Virus record (IMG/VR): IMGVR_UViG_3300021085_000021
Origin: an uncultured virus (IMG/VR IMGVR_UViG_3300021085_000021)
Lineage: Duplodnaviria > Heunggongvirae > Uroviricota > Caudoviricetes
Length of the DNA: 64,000 bases
Direction: 5' to 3' (one strand)
Shown here one piece after another: positions 13,101 through 22,556 of the stretch. How positions within the stretch are numbered: position 1 is the first letter of the stretch; the number at the start of each line of letters is the position of its first letter. The translations under genes were made by a program, and so were the position numbers. The notes beneath the pieces were generated by a model, which was not told where the DNA came from, did not search any database, and was given only the letters and a program-made list of their open reading frames with translations.

Positions 13101-13207
13101 TCATCTAAAAGACTATCATCTCCTAAATCAAACGAGACTTCATTCGTCTTTTGTCTCCAATCTTCGAATGAATTACTCTTTAGTACTTTATGTTCGTTAC
13201 TTGCCAT
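7193..13207 (-). CDS. Long tail fibre with C-terminal intramolecular chaperone (peptidase S74-like), 2004 aa
   Basis: N-terminal SFEDWRQKTN baseplate-attachment motif, helical and beta repeats, SDVKLKDNI...GVVAQNVEKVLP...VDYNQL chaperone plus coiled coil. Confidence 0.85.
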   Translation of the reverse strand: MASNEHKVLKSNSFEDWRQKTNEVSFDLGDDSLLDDARLGDRVFEYTASANQVRFSGNSLEIQTLPDQTLDNTGGYIILAHSTSIPTSFVNNATVTQSGGYSATIESVVTNDSKTKILVKNSSGDFNTAQGITVGSDTIAAGSVDRIISESFKVGKVRVTRNGGVVPHGLSEGGFHIAPLKADITLANTPSVNKLTEGTIVYQDSSNRTTQATVEANASWYGVVLHANTSNILVKTSVGTFNAGSDLRILGYDLATASVGNADLTSISVKDDSVAHMIEFNNESTNGHAVNVITTTALSAINELQDDIGTVENLTTSAGDLTLAINEHESDIGNMSLTGLTATNLSAAARELRTELGDVTTINNATGYSASDASAGILEIQGDIGNVDSLTPTAGTIVGALNEIEAVFDASQNEISAGSNAFNITSGVFTINSSGDIILDADDADVLLKDNGTTYGSLTNSSDNLLIKSGSTTMLTGNGANATFANNVNVINDLDVDSNLNVDGTAVIDSTLDVGALSTLHSLTVTNGAQLNGGFTVDTNKFTVANGTGDTLIAGTLNVDGAVDIDSTIDVLNGATLRSTLDVSGATGIDGDFDINTNKFTVASGTGNTVIAGTLDIGSLTTTAQTVRLAINELQSEVGSAVFTGDITDGAGSVTSAIGLIEAEIGDDESYNSGTITFGSTTIAGTLVNLNNELDALNALTLTAGDGLSGGGTLESNRSFAVNVDDSSIEINSDILRVKSGGITNGMLAGSITNAKLAGSIANSKLSNSSITVSVDNDGSNTSDAVSLGQTLAVEMGAGLNGSITSNTLSLSAELASETNAGIATFDGTDFTVTSGDVTVNAERIQDIIGLMVAGNTEDGIVVTYQDTDGTIDFDIDSTVVRTSGDQNIAGNKSVPSGGSLTIDSGATLTVNGTLTIAGSSSGISTFGVDFLETDGGGTSQGLQIKNQTVHSGYSVAPQLFWDHSQVSTDPRKAWKVKGLAADGSTAEVSSLVTYENARSLIASNTESGINVTFDDTNNNFDFNVNDPTISFSGGDVSGSYTMTNLGNVNNVNLTIGASVVENSMLAGSIANNKLSNSSITISDGSNTSPVALGGTLTIQGTSSEVTVSESAGTVTVGLPNDVTIGNDLTVTGDLIVSGDTTTLNTATLDVEDLNITVGKNASTLAATDGAGLTFGASSSKPTLTWDNGDGRLTVNKRLHSSVGFTGDVVGNASTATTLATSRNFSITGDITASNVSFNGSGPVELSASIDANTVGASELKVGANGTSGQVLASDGDGTFSWVTRDNYSSWTAADGASSPTSYPITSSDTLSFVDTSHIEPRFDADDQLKFNLVANSIGAAQLNVTGNGTNGQALLSDGDGTMTWGTIASDNYYVTGATFNTSNGVLTLSRNGGLANVTVDLDGRFSTTDTNTVTRLKGTSGTFQSGDITIAASGAAAVSQSGNTITITSTDTNTTYSVGDGGLTQKNFTTTLKNKLDGIASSANNYSLPLAASGTRGGVKVGYTENGKNYPVELSNEKMYVNVPWTDTTIANTDRFLNSATFDTSNGVLTLGRSGGLANVTVDLDGRYTSNAGTVTSVGITTGTGLDGSATITSAGTVNITLDLSELTDMTGDVSGANDELILLDSSSERRKRIGEIKLGQFNNDQNWNNYSHPSYTQRSVSLNTSGAQVIDTLTITSDNIGSVTDASVTTRDLTKSDIGLPNVVDGAEVNQNTFAKVQSQNGGTNSTLHSADAKQDTFTINAGSGISITDGTDKITLAATIGDAFSNIRTQNSSGTLLHNNNASGSATFSVREGTDISLTQPASGVMQIAYSGSATANSAGTGIDINGSGVVSLSNDHRKGDNISVYNGAGDTYVHYQHGTSGPDLIRWYVDNDEDARLTEGGGFQTRGDVTAFSSSLSSDVKLKDNIQKVEGALELVEQLDGVTWNWKKDGKASAGVVAQNVEKVLPSAVKDVETLDGEEINKHVDYNQLSALFIEAIKELKEENKLLRAEIESLKDINNR
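7201..7208 (-). promoter_or_regulatory. T4-type late promoter TATAAATA
   Basis: Exact consensus inside the 3' end of the 2004-aa gene, upstream of the 7187 ATG. Confidence 0.65.
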
Positions 13208-13440
13208 TATTTACCACCTAATTTTTTTAACAGTGCTTTAATTTCTTTCATGTCAGCTTTTAGTTCTTCAATGTCAGCTCTTTGTGCTGCATCAATTTCT
13301 TCCTGACTTTGTTTTCTTTGTATCTGCTCTATACGTCTATCGTAAGCAGACTCATTAGTATTTATAATCGCATTAGTTGATAAATCTCTAACTAAGGTAG
13401 TATCTTCTTCAACTATTGCTACTTTCTTTTTTCTTGGCAT
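13207..13440 (-). CDS. Conserved small coiled-coil protein (77 aa)
   Basis: LVRD..TNAIINT motif, usual position after DUF4815-type gene. Confidence 0.7.
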   Translation of the reverse strand: MPRKKKVAIVEEDTTLVRDLSTNAIINTNESAYDRRIEQIQRKQSQEEIDAAQRADIEELKADMKEIKALLKKLGGK

Positions 13441-13448
13441 ACTATTTC

Positions 13449-16400
13449 CTATGTGGCTGCTATAACTCTAAAGTCTCTTAATGTTGGAACCTTAGAAGAA
13501 TTGCTAGCTCTTAATACAATCTTAAACATCATCGAACCAAAATTATCTCCTGGTGTGACATTATATTCAACTTCACTATGTCGACCAGAGTTATTAATTT
13601 CTATTGGGTCATCTGGTGTAGCTTCTACCCAATTTATCTCGTTCATTTGGTCATCTGAACCAGCACCTAATACTTTATAATAGACATCTACGTTTGTACC
13701 TGTTGGTCTATTTACATTTAATAGAACTCTGAGAACTGTAGCCTCATCATTTAGTTCTACTTCTTTCGTAATATACTTAGCGATTTCTGAACCACCTGTT
13801 GGTGAAGTTTCAGCAGTATAAGCTCTAGCATCACTATTGGATTCGTCATAAGATGATTGATTTTCTTCAGCATTATTTACAACGTTCTGAATACCAATAA
13901 CTGAGCATCTGTTCATATCAATTACTGGAGATATATTTTCTAAGGTTGTTGACATAACAGCTCTGATTTGGAAAGATTTATTTCCAATAGTAGCATTGTT
14001 ATCTCCAAACACTGCTTCATTTAACTCATTATAAATTGCCTGTGGTGATTCAAAGTTTAAATTAGTATTAGCTAAAATTCTTACTTCATTTTGTAATGCT
14101 CCACCGCCTGCTGTATCATTAACACCCTGTGAGTTATATGTTCTCATATAGAGTTTTAATTCTGTATCAGGTAATTGAATTGTTTGCATTATTAAATTAG
14201 CTACGTCCATGTGAACATTATCAAATACTCTAGATGTACTTCCGCCACCTGAACCTACAGATGTTACTGTAGCACTTGGTATTACAATTGTATATGAATC
14301 ATGTTCTACTTCTGAAACAACGTATCCTGCAGAAGCTTCGAGCTGTGCCGTAGTGATTCCATTTACTGCTGTTGTATTTTTAAATCTTACTTTACTTCCA
14401 GATGTATGGAATCCATGATTAGGATGTGTTACTCTAACATATGCATTACCATTAGATACTGTGTTAATAGTTCTAAATGGTTGGTTAGGTAATAACCTAC
14501 TTGGTAGTGCTCTATTAACTAAGTTAATTTCTGAATCTGCATTTGTTCTAAATGATGCTCTATTCAGTGCAAACTTAAGGTCACTGTTTTGTTCTGGTGT
14601 CCATGTTGAAGCATTTTGTGATGTAAATAATACTCCATTATATGGTTGTTTAGAAACTCTTTCGTTAGCATTTTGTAAATCGAATCCACCCATTGTAGAA
14701 ATAAATGCGTTATAATTATTTGTTTGTGCCATTACTACAATTGCGAACTCACCATCTTGTGGTAAGTATATAGGATGGTCGAATGTAAATCTTGTACCAT
14801 ATCTTGCTGTGTCATCAGTTGCAATACCTGATGTTGCAATATCTCCACCAGCTGTTGGTGTTGAATTACCTGTACCAGCATACACTAATGATTCGGTTGG
14901 ATATTTAACTACATCTGCTCCTGGTACAACTTTCTGTGTAGGTATACCATTCTCTACAGACCTAATAGAAACTTCTACTGGAATATTTGCATCTTTTGTT
15001 TTAAAGTATAAATCAACTGATGTTAAATATATCCCACCTTTCTCATCTACTAATATAGTTTGAGCTAATGGGTCTGACCATCTAATTGGTTCAAAGACTT
15101 GTGTCTGAGTTATTGTTCTATTATCTTGCAATTCGGTAGTTACTAATCTTGGTACCTTAGTTGATATAATAGTTTTTTGTTGAACTTCTAGTAAACCTTG
15201 AGCATGGAATTGAGCTTCAGCAAATGTTCCTTCGTTATCTTTATTATTACTTGGGTCATCAGTTAATCTAAATTCTCTAGTACCAGTTTTAAATTTAAGA
15301 GCATCGTTTCTTGGAATTAAGAATGAACCAATAACTCTACCAGCACTGTCAGTTTCTAAAGCTCCTGCTCCGTCTGGGTGAGCAGTTGAACCTTCGAATG
15401 TTCTTACTGCATCTGTTCCATCAGCAATATCAGAATATTCTATGAATGAACTTTCTTCTCTAACATAATCCGATACATCCACTCCATTAAAGAATGCATA
15501 TACTTTAGTATTAGGCTTCATTAATTGAGCATCAAATGATATTTTTCTTGACCTCATGAATGGAATAAAGTTAACTTCAACAACAGCATTACCAACTTCT
15601 CTTTGTACTGTGTCGGATGCTACCGAAGTATTTAGTCCAGTTCTAGTTTGTGTTGATGTTGTGGTTACTGTTTGTCCTGTGTTCCACCAATTGTTCTGGC
15701 CAGTCCACCATTGTCTTGTACCTTGTTGACTCCAACTATCAATTGACGTCCCTGTCCAGTTTGTCTCCCATTCGTTCCAAACTGTTCCTAATATGTTTTG
15801 TTCTTCAGCCATTTTTACAAATTGGTCATAAGCATCAGTATCATCAATTATAATATCTGGTCTTACATCAACTTCTTTCCATTCGTCTGACTCTGGTGAT
15901 AAATTAATTATACCGCCCCAAGTAAAGACATCGTATGGATTAACATTAATATGATTTGTTGCGTATGGTTGTGAAGCAAATTCGACATCAGATACTTTAT
16001 CCATAGTTACTATGGAACCATTCTTATCACACTTATTTGTTTGTGTATTATTTTCGCCTGCGACTCTGACTAATGGAACATTTTTAGTAGAACACTTAGG
16101 TCTTAATATGCCATTGTGTCTATCTACTGAAACATTATAGTCTGGGTTTTGTACATCACCGATATTGTGTCCATAGAATCCATCTACTAAAATACCATTT
16201 TTAAATCTTTCATCGTTACCATCGAAAATTTGAGTATCATTTGCACTCTTTTCTAATAATGATAATGATGTATAATATTCTAAGTTCTTAACTCTTCTAT
16301 CAATAGAACCAATATCTCTCATTGTATATCGTTTGTTATCAGATAACTTAGTGCTAATTTTTGAAACGTCAAACACGTATGGAGGTAAGAACATACTAGC

Positions 16401-18800
16401 TATAATAATAGAGTTCTCTGGGTCTTCTGGTAATTCAGGAGATTCAGAAGCAACACCTTGAATAACTTCAAAGTTTCCATTAATTGTTTGAATTAGTTTA
16501 TCAGCTCTTGGTAAGTAATAATGTAAGTCAGCTGTTACTGATGAATCTACTTTTGGCGGTAAACCAAGTTGAGAACCAGTACCAGTAAAGTTAGTTCCTG
16601 CATCATCTTTTCTTGGTCTGAAATCAATACAATCTCTTAATTGTACTTCACCAAATCTTACACTGTTAAATGTTCCAATGCCTTCATATTCTGAAGTTGA
16701 TGTACCGTAAGATAAAACTGAGAAATAATCACCAGCACCATGTGAGTAATAATCAAATGTTACTACCATGTTTCCAGTTGCAACTGGAGCAGCACCTGCT
16801 TTCTTTCTAATTTTTGATACGCCGTAAAAACTTTCTGTTTGGCCAGTATCTAATACAAATCTGTCTGTGACATTCGTACCATTTACATCTACAATAGAAT
16901 CAATATTAAAGACATCAGCTTTTGCTAATGAATATGAAGCTGCATCTCCGTCTGTAACATTAATAGTTACTGTCTGATTGTTTTGTGCTGTTTTATTTTT
17001 TTGTACAGCTGTCTTTTGAACTGTTGCTATAACGTGGCAAACTGTGCCATTACTAATTGATAATCCATCAGCATCAATAACTAATGATGAACTACTTGTT
17101 GAGTCAAAGGTAACATTTGTTCCAGAAATAATAGCACCATTACCTGGAGCAATTAATACATCAGTAGCTGTATTAACAAAAGCCTCTCCTGTACCTGCAG
17201 CGATTGTTAACTGACTATTAGAAACTGTAACATCTTCAAATCTTTTTCTGACTTGATAAGTAACATCAACTGTTGTACCACCGTCTTGGTAAGTATCTTT
17301 AATAGCATCGTATGGAAGTTTCCAGATGCCACCTTGTTTACCTGCTTTAAATCTTCTACCTGTGGTTGCTAATGTTCCAACAAAATCATTTACGCCAGCA
17401 GATGGGTCTGAGAATATTACGTTAGTAACATCACTAAAGTTATTTGAACCAGTCATCGTGACATCGAATACATATAATCCTATGTATGCAGCATTATGTG
17501 CAATGTCTCTTACTCTTGCTGTTCCTATATTTGCATTAGAACTATTTCTTAAATTGATAACTGTTAAATCATCAATTGGAGGTAAGCCTTTTACTGAGCT
17601 AGATGTTAGCTTAATAAAGTTACCATTTGTTAATTGTGTTACCGTAGCATTTTCATAACCAACATCTGTAGTACCATCTCTTGGCTTATCAACATCAACA
17701 AATGTTGTAGTTAAATTTTCGTTTCTGAATCCTTGTACATAAGATACATTAGGTTCTATACCAACTTTAAATTTATCTGTGTCGCTATCGTGTGCTTTAA
17801 TATCTAATTGATATGGGTTTAAAGAATAGTTACCACTTTCTTCAAATGTTCTTCTAGCTAATCTCTTTGAAAGCTCAGCACCAGTATCAGCTTGGTCTGT
17901 TTTATCTACTCTGGTAACTCCTTTTCTTACTCTTAATAAATTAATGAAGTTATTGATTGTTCTATTTTCTTTTTCTAATGCATCCTTAGATAACACTGCT
18001 GAAATTTTATATCTGTTAGCGCCAGGTGCAGAAGCATTAGTTGTCCCTGCAGCATTATCAGCAAGTGATACATCTTCTGATGAACTAACAACTTCTTCAG
18101 TTACTGTTAAACCTACTAAGTATGATGGAGTGTTTGAATACTTATCTAATATTACATCACTTGTTCCAACATAAACATATGAACCTGAGATAAAATATAC
18201 ACCTTCAGATATACTGGCAATAGAACCTTTACCGATAGCATCTGTTGCTACGCCATTAACAGTAGCTCCTGTTGCTAATAATTTACCAAATCGTACTGTG
18301 GTCGCATTTGATTGAAACTCTTCTTGTACTACGAATTTTTCTACTGTTTTATTAGAGCCACCTTTTGATTTATATTTTACATATAAAGTAATTGGTGCAC
18401 CACTAGTAGCATCAGCAGCTTCAGCTCTTAATACTTTAGCTTTTACTTGATTACCAGTTTGACTTGAACCTGTAATGGTTGTCCCTACGAATTCTGATAA
18501 GTAAGCTGATGTTGTGAGTGTTGCTGAACCTAATGTTGACTGAGTAAATCCATCTTCAATTTGAATATAATCGAATTCTGTATTTAAAGTAACTTGTCCT
18601 TTAACTACTCTTGAGCCATCTTTAAATGCATACTGACCAGCTCTATCAATCTGAGCTTGAATAGATGTTTGCATTTGTGTAAGCTCTCTAGCTTGAACAG
18701 CAAAACCTGGTCTGTAAAGGATTCTATAAAATCCTTTGTCTTCATTAAAGTCATCATAATATGGTGCTTGTGGATAAGTCTTTACTTTTGTTGTACTCAT
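13449..18800 (-). CDS. Large baseplate structural protein, DUF4815/VrlC-like (1783 aa)
   Basis: PYYDDF..K..YRILYRPG.AVQARELTQ N-terminus; RYTMRDIG..DRRVKNLEYYTSL; DPLAQT. Confidence 0.85.
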   Translation of the reverse strand: MSTTKVKTYPQAPYYDDFNEDKGFYRILYRPGFAVQARELTQMQTSIQAQIDRAGQYAFKDGSRVVKGQVTLNTEFDYIQIEDGFTQSTLGSATLTTSAYLSEFVGTTITGSSQTGNQVKAKVLRAEAADATSGAPITLYVKYKSKGGSNKTVEKFVVQEEFQSNATTVRFGKLLATGATVNGVATDAIGKGSIASISEGVYFISGSYVYVGTSDVILDKYSNTPSYLVGLTVTEEVVSSSEDVSLADNAAGTTNASAPGANRYKISAVLSKDALEKENRTINNFINLLRVRKGVTRVDKTDQADTGAELSKRLARRTFEESGNYSLNPYQLDIKAHDSDTDKFKVGIEPNVSYVQGFRNENLTTTFVDVDKPRDGTTDVGYENATVTQLTNGNFIKLTSSSVKGLPPIDDLTVINLRNSSNANIGTARVRDIAHNAAYIGLYVFDVTMTGSNNFSDVTNVIFSDPSAGVNDFVGTLATTGRRFKAGKQGGIWKLPYDAIKDTYQDGGTTVDVTYQVRKRFEDVTVSNSQLTIAAGTGEAFVNTATDVLIAPGNGAIISGTNVTFDSTSSSSLVIDADGLSISNGTVCHVIATVQKTAVQKNKTAQNNQTVTINVTDGDAASYSLAKADVFNIDSIVDVNGTNVTDRFVLDTGQTESFYGVSKIRKKAGAAPVATGNMVVTFDYYSHGAGDYFSVLSYGTSTSEYEGIGTFNSVRFGEVQLRDCIDFRPRKDDAGTNFTGTGSQLGLPPKVDSSVTADLHYYLPRADKLIQTINGNFEVIQGVASESPELPEDPENSIIIASMFLPPYVFDVSKISTKLSDNKRYTMRDIGSIDRRVKNLEYYTSLSLLEKSANDTQIFDGNDERFKNGILVDGFYGHNIGDVQNPDYNVSVDRHNGILRPKCSTKNVPLVRVAGENNTQTNKCDKNGSIVTMDKVSDVEFASQPYATNHINVNPYDVFTWGGIINLSPESDEWKEVDVRPDIIIDDTDAYDQFVKMAEEQNILGTVWNEWETNWTGTSIDSWSQQGTRQWWTGQNNWWNTGQTVTTTSTQTRTGLNTSVASDTVQREVGNAVVEVNFIPFMRSRKISFDAQLMKPNTKVYAFFNGVDVSDYVREESSFIEYSDIADGTDAVRTFEGSTAHPDGAGALETDSAGRVIGSFLIPRNDALKFKTGTREFRLTDDPSNNKDNEGTFAEAQFHAQGLLEVQQKTIISTKVPRLVTTELQDNRTITQTQVFEPIRWSDPLAQTILVDEKGGIYLTSVDLYFKTKDANIPVEVSIRSVENGIPTQKVVPGADVVKYPTESLVYAGTGNSTPTAGGDIATSGIATDDTARYGTRFTFDHPIYLPQDGEFAIVVMAQTNNYNAFISTMGGFDLQNANERVSKQPYNGVLFTSQNASTWTPEQNSDLKFALNRASFRTNADSEINLVNRALPSRLLPNQPFRTINTVSNGNAYVRVTHPNHGFHTSGSKVRFKNTTAVNGITTAQLEASAGYVVSEVEHDSYTIVIPSATVTSVGSGGGSTSRVFDNVHMDVANLIMQTIQLPDTELKLYMRTYNSQGVNDTAGGGALQNEVRILANTNLNFESPQAIYNELNEAVFGDNNATIGNKSFQIRAVMSTTLENISPVIDMNRCSVIGIQNVVNNAEENQSSYDESNSDARAYTAETSPTGGSEIAKYITKEVELNDEATVLRVLLNVNRPTGTNVDVYYKVLGAGSDDQMNEINWVEATPDDPIEINNSGRHSEVEYNVTPGDNFGSMMFKIVLRASNSSKVPTLRDFRVIAAT

Positions 18801-18831
18801 TTAAAATCCTATGTTATAATATTACGAATTC

Positions 18832-20253
18832 TTAGAATTCAATAATACATTTAATATCTTCAATCTGCGTTAATGCTCTACTAATTGGGTCTCTATTTTC
18901 TAAGAAAATCATTTGACCTGAGCCTCTTACGAAAGTATCATCGTATCTTACGTGTGCATCTGTTCCTGATTCTGAACCTACAGCCTTAAGAGTTGTTGAA
19001 CCCCCTGATGGTAAAGTACCTGTTACAGTATCGTTTGCCTGGAATGGTATATAACCAGTCTTAGAGTTTTGATAATAATGTAACTTATCGTCTGTATCAA
19101 TTTCTACTAGATAAGCTTTAGCTCCACTATTATTTCCAACAATTAATTGGTCAACAACAAAGTTTGAAGTTGTTTGGCCATTTGCAATTTCTAAATGTTT
19201 CATTGTTTTAATTGTTGTAGCAGTAGCTACTGTAGTTCCACTTGTGTATGGATTCTTTAGAATTGTAATTTGTCTAAAGTCATTACCTGTTGTAAAGTCA
19301 GAACCATCATTACCATCTAACTGAACGTTAAGTGATACATAGAAAGCTCCTAATTCTTTGACCGGGTCTGTTCCGTGTCCGCTTTGTGGAGCAATAACTG
19401 CTCTTGCTGTAGCACCTGCACCTGCAGTTCCGCCTGATGCATTGTTGTGTGTGATTGTAACATCGGCTACAGTATAATCTGTTCCTTTTGCATTTAATGC
19501 GATTGCTGTAATAGCTCCAGCTGTAACTGTAACACCAGCATCTACAACAGCTGCATCTTGACCATCTCCAGAGATAGCTACTGTAAAGACATCAGCCGAA
19601 TCGTAATTACTTCCACCATTAGTAACTTCAATTCTTTCAATGCCGGCAGCAGTGGCAGAAGTTCTTGAAGTAATCTGTGATTGTTGTTGTGGATAGTTTA
19701 CATCGGTTGTTGCTAGGTTTGCAGTTTCACTAACTGTTTTAACTGGCATAAATGAATTCGTTAAAAACTTCTCAGAGTCAGATGTAATAATTGTGTACAT
19801 GTATTTCCATGTATAGCCATCACCACCTGTATTGGGTGCAACAGTTGTATGAGTTGGTTGTACACTTGTTGTACTTGGACCAACCTTTAATAGTTTATAT
19901 ACTTTAAACTCTGATGTTAAGCAGTAAAACTTTTTATCGTAAATATCTGCATCGTCCGAATCCCATGCTACAAAATCTGCAGCTCCATCAGCATAGTTAT
20001 ATCTTGGTATAACGTGTGAAATATCTGAATCACTGATGAGCTTCATTGCAATCATTTGTTGCCATGCTTCTCCTAAATCGTCTGAGTGGTCGCCTGGTGT
20101 AAATGGAATTGTATCAGTTAAATCCGATGTGTTTGTTGACCATACATCAGATTTACCAATTCCTAAATAAACACTGTTATTTGAATCGGCGACATCTTCT
20201 TTAAAATTCTCTGCATTGAGAACTCTAAATGGTGTTGTTACTATTGCTGCCAT
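18832..20253 (-). CDS. gp8: Baseplate wedge subunit gp8-like
   Basis: DGYTWKYMY, GHGTDPVKELG, EDIKCIIEF motifs. Confidence 0.85.
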   Translation of the reverse strand: MAAIVTTPFRVLNAENFKEDVADSNNSVYLGIGKSDVWSTNTSDLTDTIPFTPGDHSDDLGEAWQQMIAMKLISDSDISHVIPRYNYADGAADFVAWDSDDADIYDKKFYCLTSEFKVYKLLKVGPSTTSVQPTHTTVAPNTGGDGYTWKYMYTIITSDSEKFLTNSFMPVKTVSETANLATTDVNYPQQQSQITSRTSATAAGIERIEVTNGGSNYDSADVFTVAISGDGQDAAVVDAGVTVTAGAITAIALNAKGTDYTVADVTITHNNASGGTAGAGATARAVIAPQSGHGTDPVKELGAFYVSLNVQLDGNDGSDFTTGNDFRQITILKNPYTSGTTVATATTIKTMKHLEIANGQTTSNFVVDQLIVGNNSGAKAYLVEIDTDDKLHYYQNSKTGYIPFQANDTVTGTLPSGGSTTLKAVGSESGTDAHVRYDDTFVRGSGQMIFLENRDPISRALTQIEDIKCIIEF

Positions 20254-20263
20254 AATTTTTTTC

Positions 20264-22555
20264 CTATTCTATGTTTATAAAACTGCTAGTGTTATATCTA
20301 TTTATACTACTTACGTAGGTGTTTTCAATAATTTGGTCACCAAATAAATCTATTCTTTGATTAGAATCAAACTTTCTAGTAGAGTTATAAAAACTATTTC
20401 CTTTTAATTTAAAATAATTATTTACAGAGTGTAGATGATTTAATAAGATAATAAGAATCATGTTTGTATCCTTAGCTCTTTTTTCAGTTACACCAGAAGA
20501 ACTTAAAGTAATTCTAGGGTCGACTGTATATCCATAACCTCTGTTACTAATATTTATGCTCGATATTTCTGAAGGATTCAGTAAAGCTTCAGCTACTGCT
20601 CCAGTACCTCCGCCTCCAGTAAATGTTATTGTAGGAGCTGTTGTATATCCTGAACCAGCATTATATACAAACACTCCATCTATTTTTCCTATACTATTAA
20701 TAGTTGCATAAGCCTGTGCAGTTACTCCACTTGATGGAGCACTAATAGTAACGGAAGGATTTGATGTATAGCCTGAGCCTCTCTCTGTTAACCTTATATG
20801 TTCGACAGAGGTTTGTTCTAAAACAAAGTTAGCTACAGCCTGTACATTACTTGATAAAGCTACGCCATCTGCATCAACCGCATCGGGTTCTGCAATATTA
20901 ATACTGGGAGCTTTACGATATGTTTTATTTGCTAACCCTGGGAAGAATATATCATCAATTGTTGTTTGTGTTAATGTAGCATGTGCTGTTACATCAATTG
21001 CAATTGAAGTATATCCTGAGCCTGCATTTGCTATTGTTACACTATCAATCCTACCAAAGCTATCAATGGTACAAGTAGCCGCGGCATTACTACCACCAGT
21101 ACCGGTAATTGTAAGTGTAGGTGCAGAGGTATAACCATATCCTGGTTGTACAATTTCAATATTATTAATTGCTCCATTCAGTAATGCTACAGACATCTGT
21201 GCATTTCTAAAAATCCTTGCGGATAGAGTAGGGGTAAATGTAGAAACGAAGCTTTCCACAAGTCTCATAATATCTTCTAATCCAATTACACCGAACTGTA
21301 TACCAGGCATAGATGATAGGGTGCTCCTATTATTTCTGCCGTATGCTTTAACTGTTTGTGAGACCTCACCAGTTTCAACATTTAATTGTGCGCCGACTTT
21401 CGCTTCTTCTAAAGCGTCGGTTATTGAATTACCAAAGTTACCAACACTATCATAGGCTTGTGCACCTTGCCTAAATGTTGTAGTATTATTTGGTAATGTC
21501 ACTGAACCAGTATATGTGAAAGATGTTTGTCGAGTGTTATCACCTAATGAGCTTCTTAATAAATTAAGGAAGAGAAGAATCTCTCCAAAGAATATAAACC
21601 CTGCTGGGTGTACTAATTTATTAAATACATTAGACCATGTCTCTACATTATTCCCTGTTTTAATTAAGTAAGAATATTTTTGATATCGATTACTGTCATG
21701 TATTCTAATATCCTTTTCTGATATAAATCCAGTTCTAGTTGAGAACTGATTCACACCAGCATTCCATGTACCTGCTGATGGTATTAAAGTATTATCCCAT
21801 GGATACTCTACTTCAACATCATCATTAAATAATAATCTAAAAAAGATTTCAATGGAGTTATCACTACCACGAATCTTATAAAAATCAACAATCTGTTTAT
21901 ACAGATTTCTCTTATTAACTGTCAAGTCTTTTGGTATAGATGCTGCGATTTCTTTTTGCATCTGTGCCAAATAGTTATCATCATTTTTATCGATGTCCAT
22001 TGCTTCTTCGATGGCATTTAGAATATACGATGGACCTGGGCCTACCCAGTTTCTGATAGAGGCTTTTAAGCTACAGCTTAATGAATTGTATTGGTTATCC
22101 TTTGCACCATCATCATCTAAAAATTCAATGGTGTAGGTCTTTCCTAAATTGGTTTCTGAATTAGCTAATGTGCCAGGTAAGTCATTTCCATTTGAAATAA
22201 CTATATTAGTATTAGCTGTTGTTAAATCTATTGTGGTTGTGCCAATTTTTAATACTGATAAAGAACCTGTGGTATCGTGGAAGAATTGATTGTTGTCTCC
22301 CTCTGGGTCCCTTATTCTAAATACGGCTTTCCCATCTAATATTATATCTGTAAAATTTTCTGTGTCAGTATAGATAAATTCGTCCATGTTCATGAACTCA
22401 TAATATTTTTTTAATAAGTTTTCAATACCACCAGAAGTACCAAGTGAGTCTAAAATCTCAGATGGTATTAGTTGTTTGATATTTAAATCTTCTTTAGTCT
22501 TTCTTTTAGTTGACCCGATAGATTCAATATATCCTGGTGATGATTTTTCACTCAT
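20264..22555 (-). CDS. Baseplate wedge protein gp7-like
   Basis: FYKIRGS..SIEIFFRLLF, YQKYSY, VHPAGFIFFGE motifs and GSGYT..P repeats; between gp6 and gp8. Confidence 0.7.
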   Translation of the reverse strand: MSEKSSPGYIESIGSTKRKTKEDLNIKQLIPSEILDSLGTSGGIENLLKKYYEFMNMDEFIYTDTENFTDIILDGKAVFRIRDPEGDNNQFFHDTTGSLSVLKIGTTTIDLTTANTNIVISNGNDLPGTLANSETNLGKTYTIEFLDDDGAKDNQYNSLSCSLKASIRNWVGPGPSYILNAIEEAMDIDKNDDNYLAQMQKEIAASIPKDLTVNKRNLYKQIVDFYKIRGSDNSIEIFFRLLFNDDVEVEYPWDNTLIPSAGTWNAGVNQFSTRTGFISEKDIRIHDSNRYQKYSYLIKTGNNVETWSNVFNKLVHPAGFIFFGEILLFLNLLRSSLGDNTRQTSFTYTGSVTLPNNTTTFRQGAQAYDSVGNFGNSITDALEEAKVGAQLNVETGEVSQTVKAYGRNNRSTLSSMPGIQFGVIGLEDIMRLVESFVSTFTPTLSARIFRNAQMSVALLNGAINNIEIVQPGYGYTSAPTLTITGTGGSNAAATCTIDSFGRIDSVTIANAGSGYTSIAIDVTAHATLTQTTIDDIFFPGLANKTYRKAPSINIAEPDAVDADGVALSSNVQAVANFVLEQTSVEHIRLTERGSGYTSNPSVTISAPSSGVTAQAYATINSIGKIDGVFVYNAGSGYTTAPTITFTGGGGTGAVAEALLNPSEISSINISNRGYGYTVDPRITLSSSGVTEKRAKDTNMILIILLNHLHSVNNYFKLKGNSFYNSTRKFDSNQRIDLFGDQIIENTYVSSINRYNTSSFINIE

Positions 22556-22556
22556 A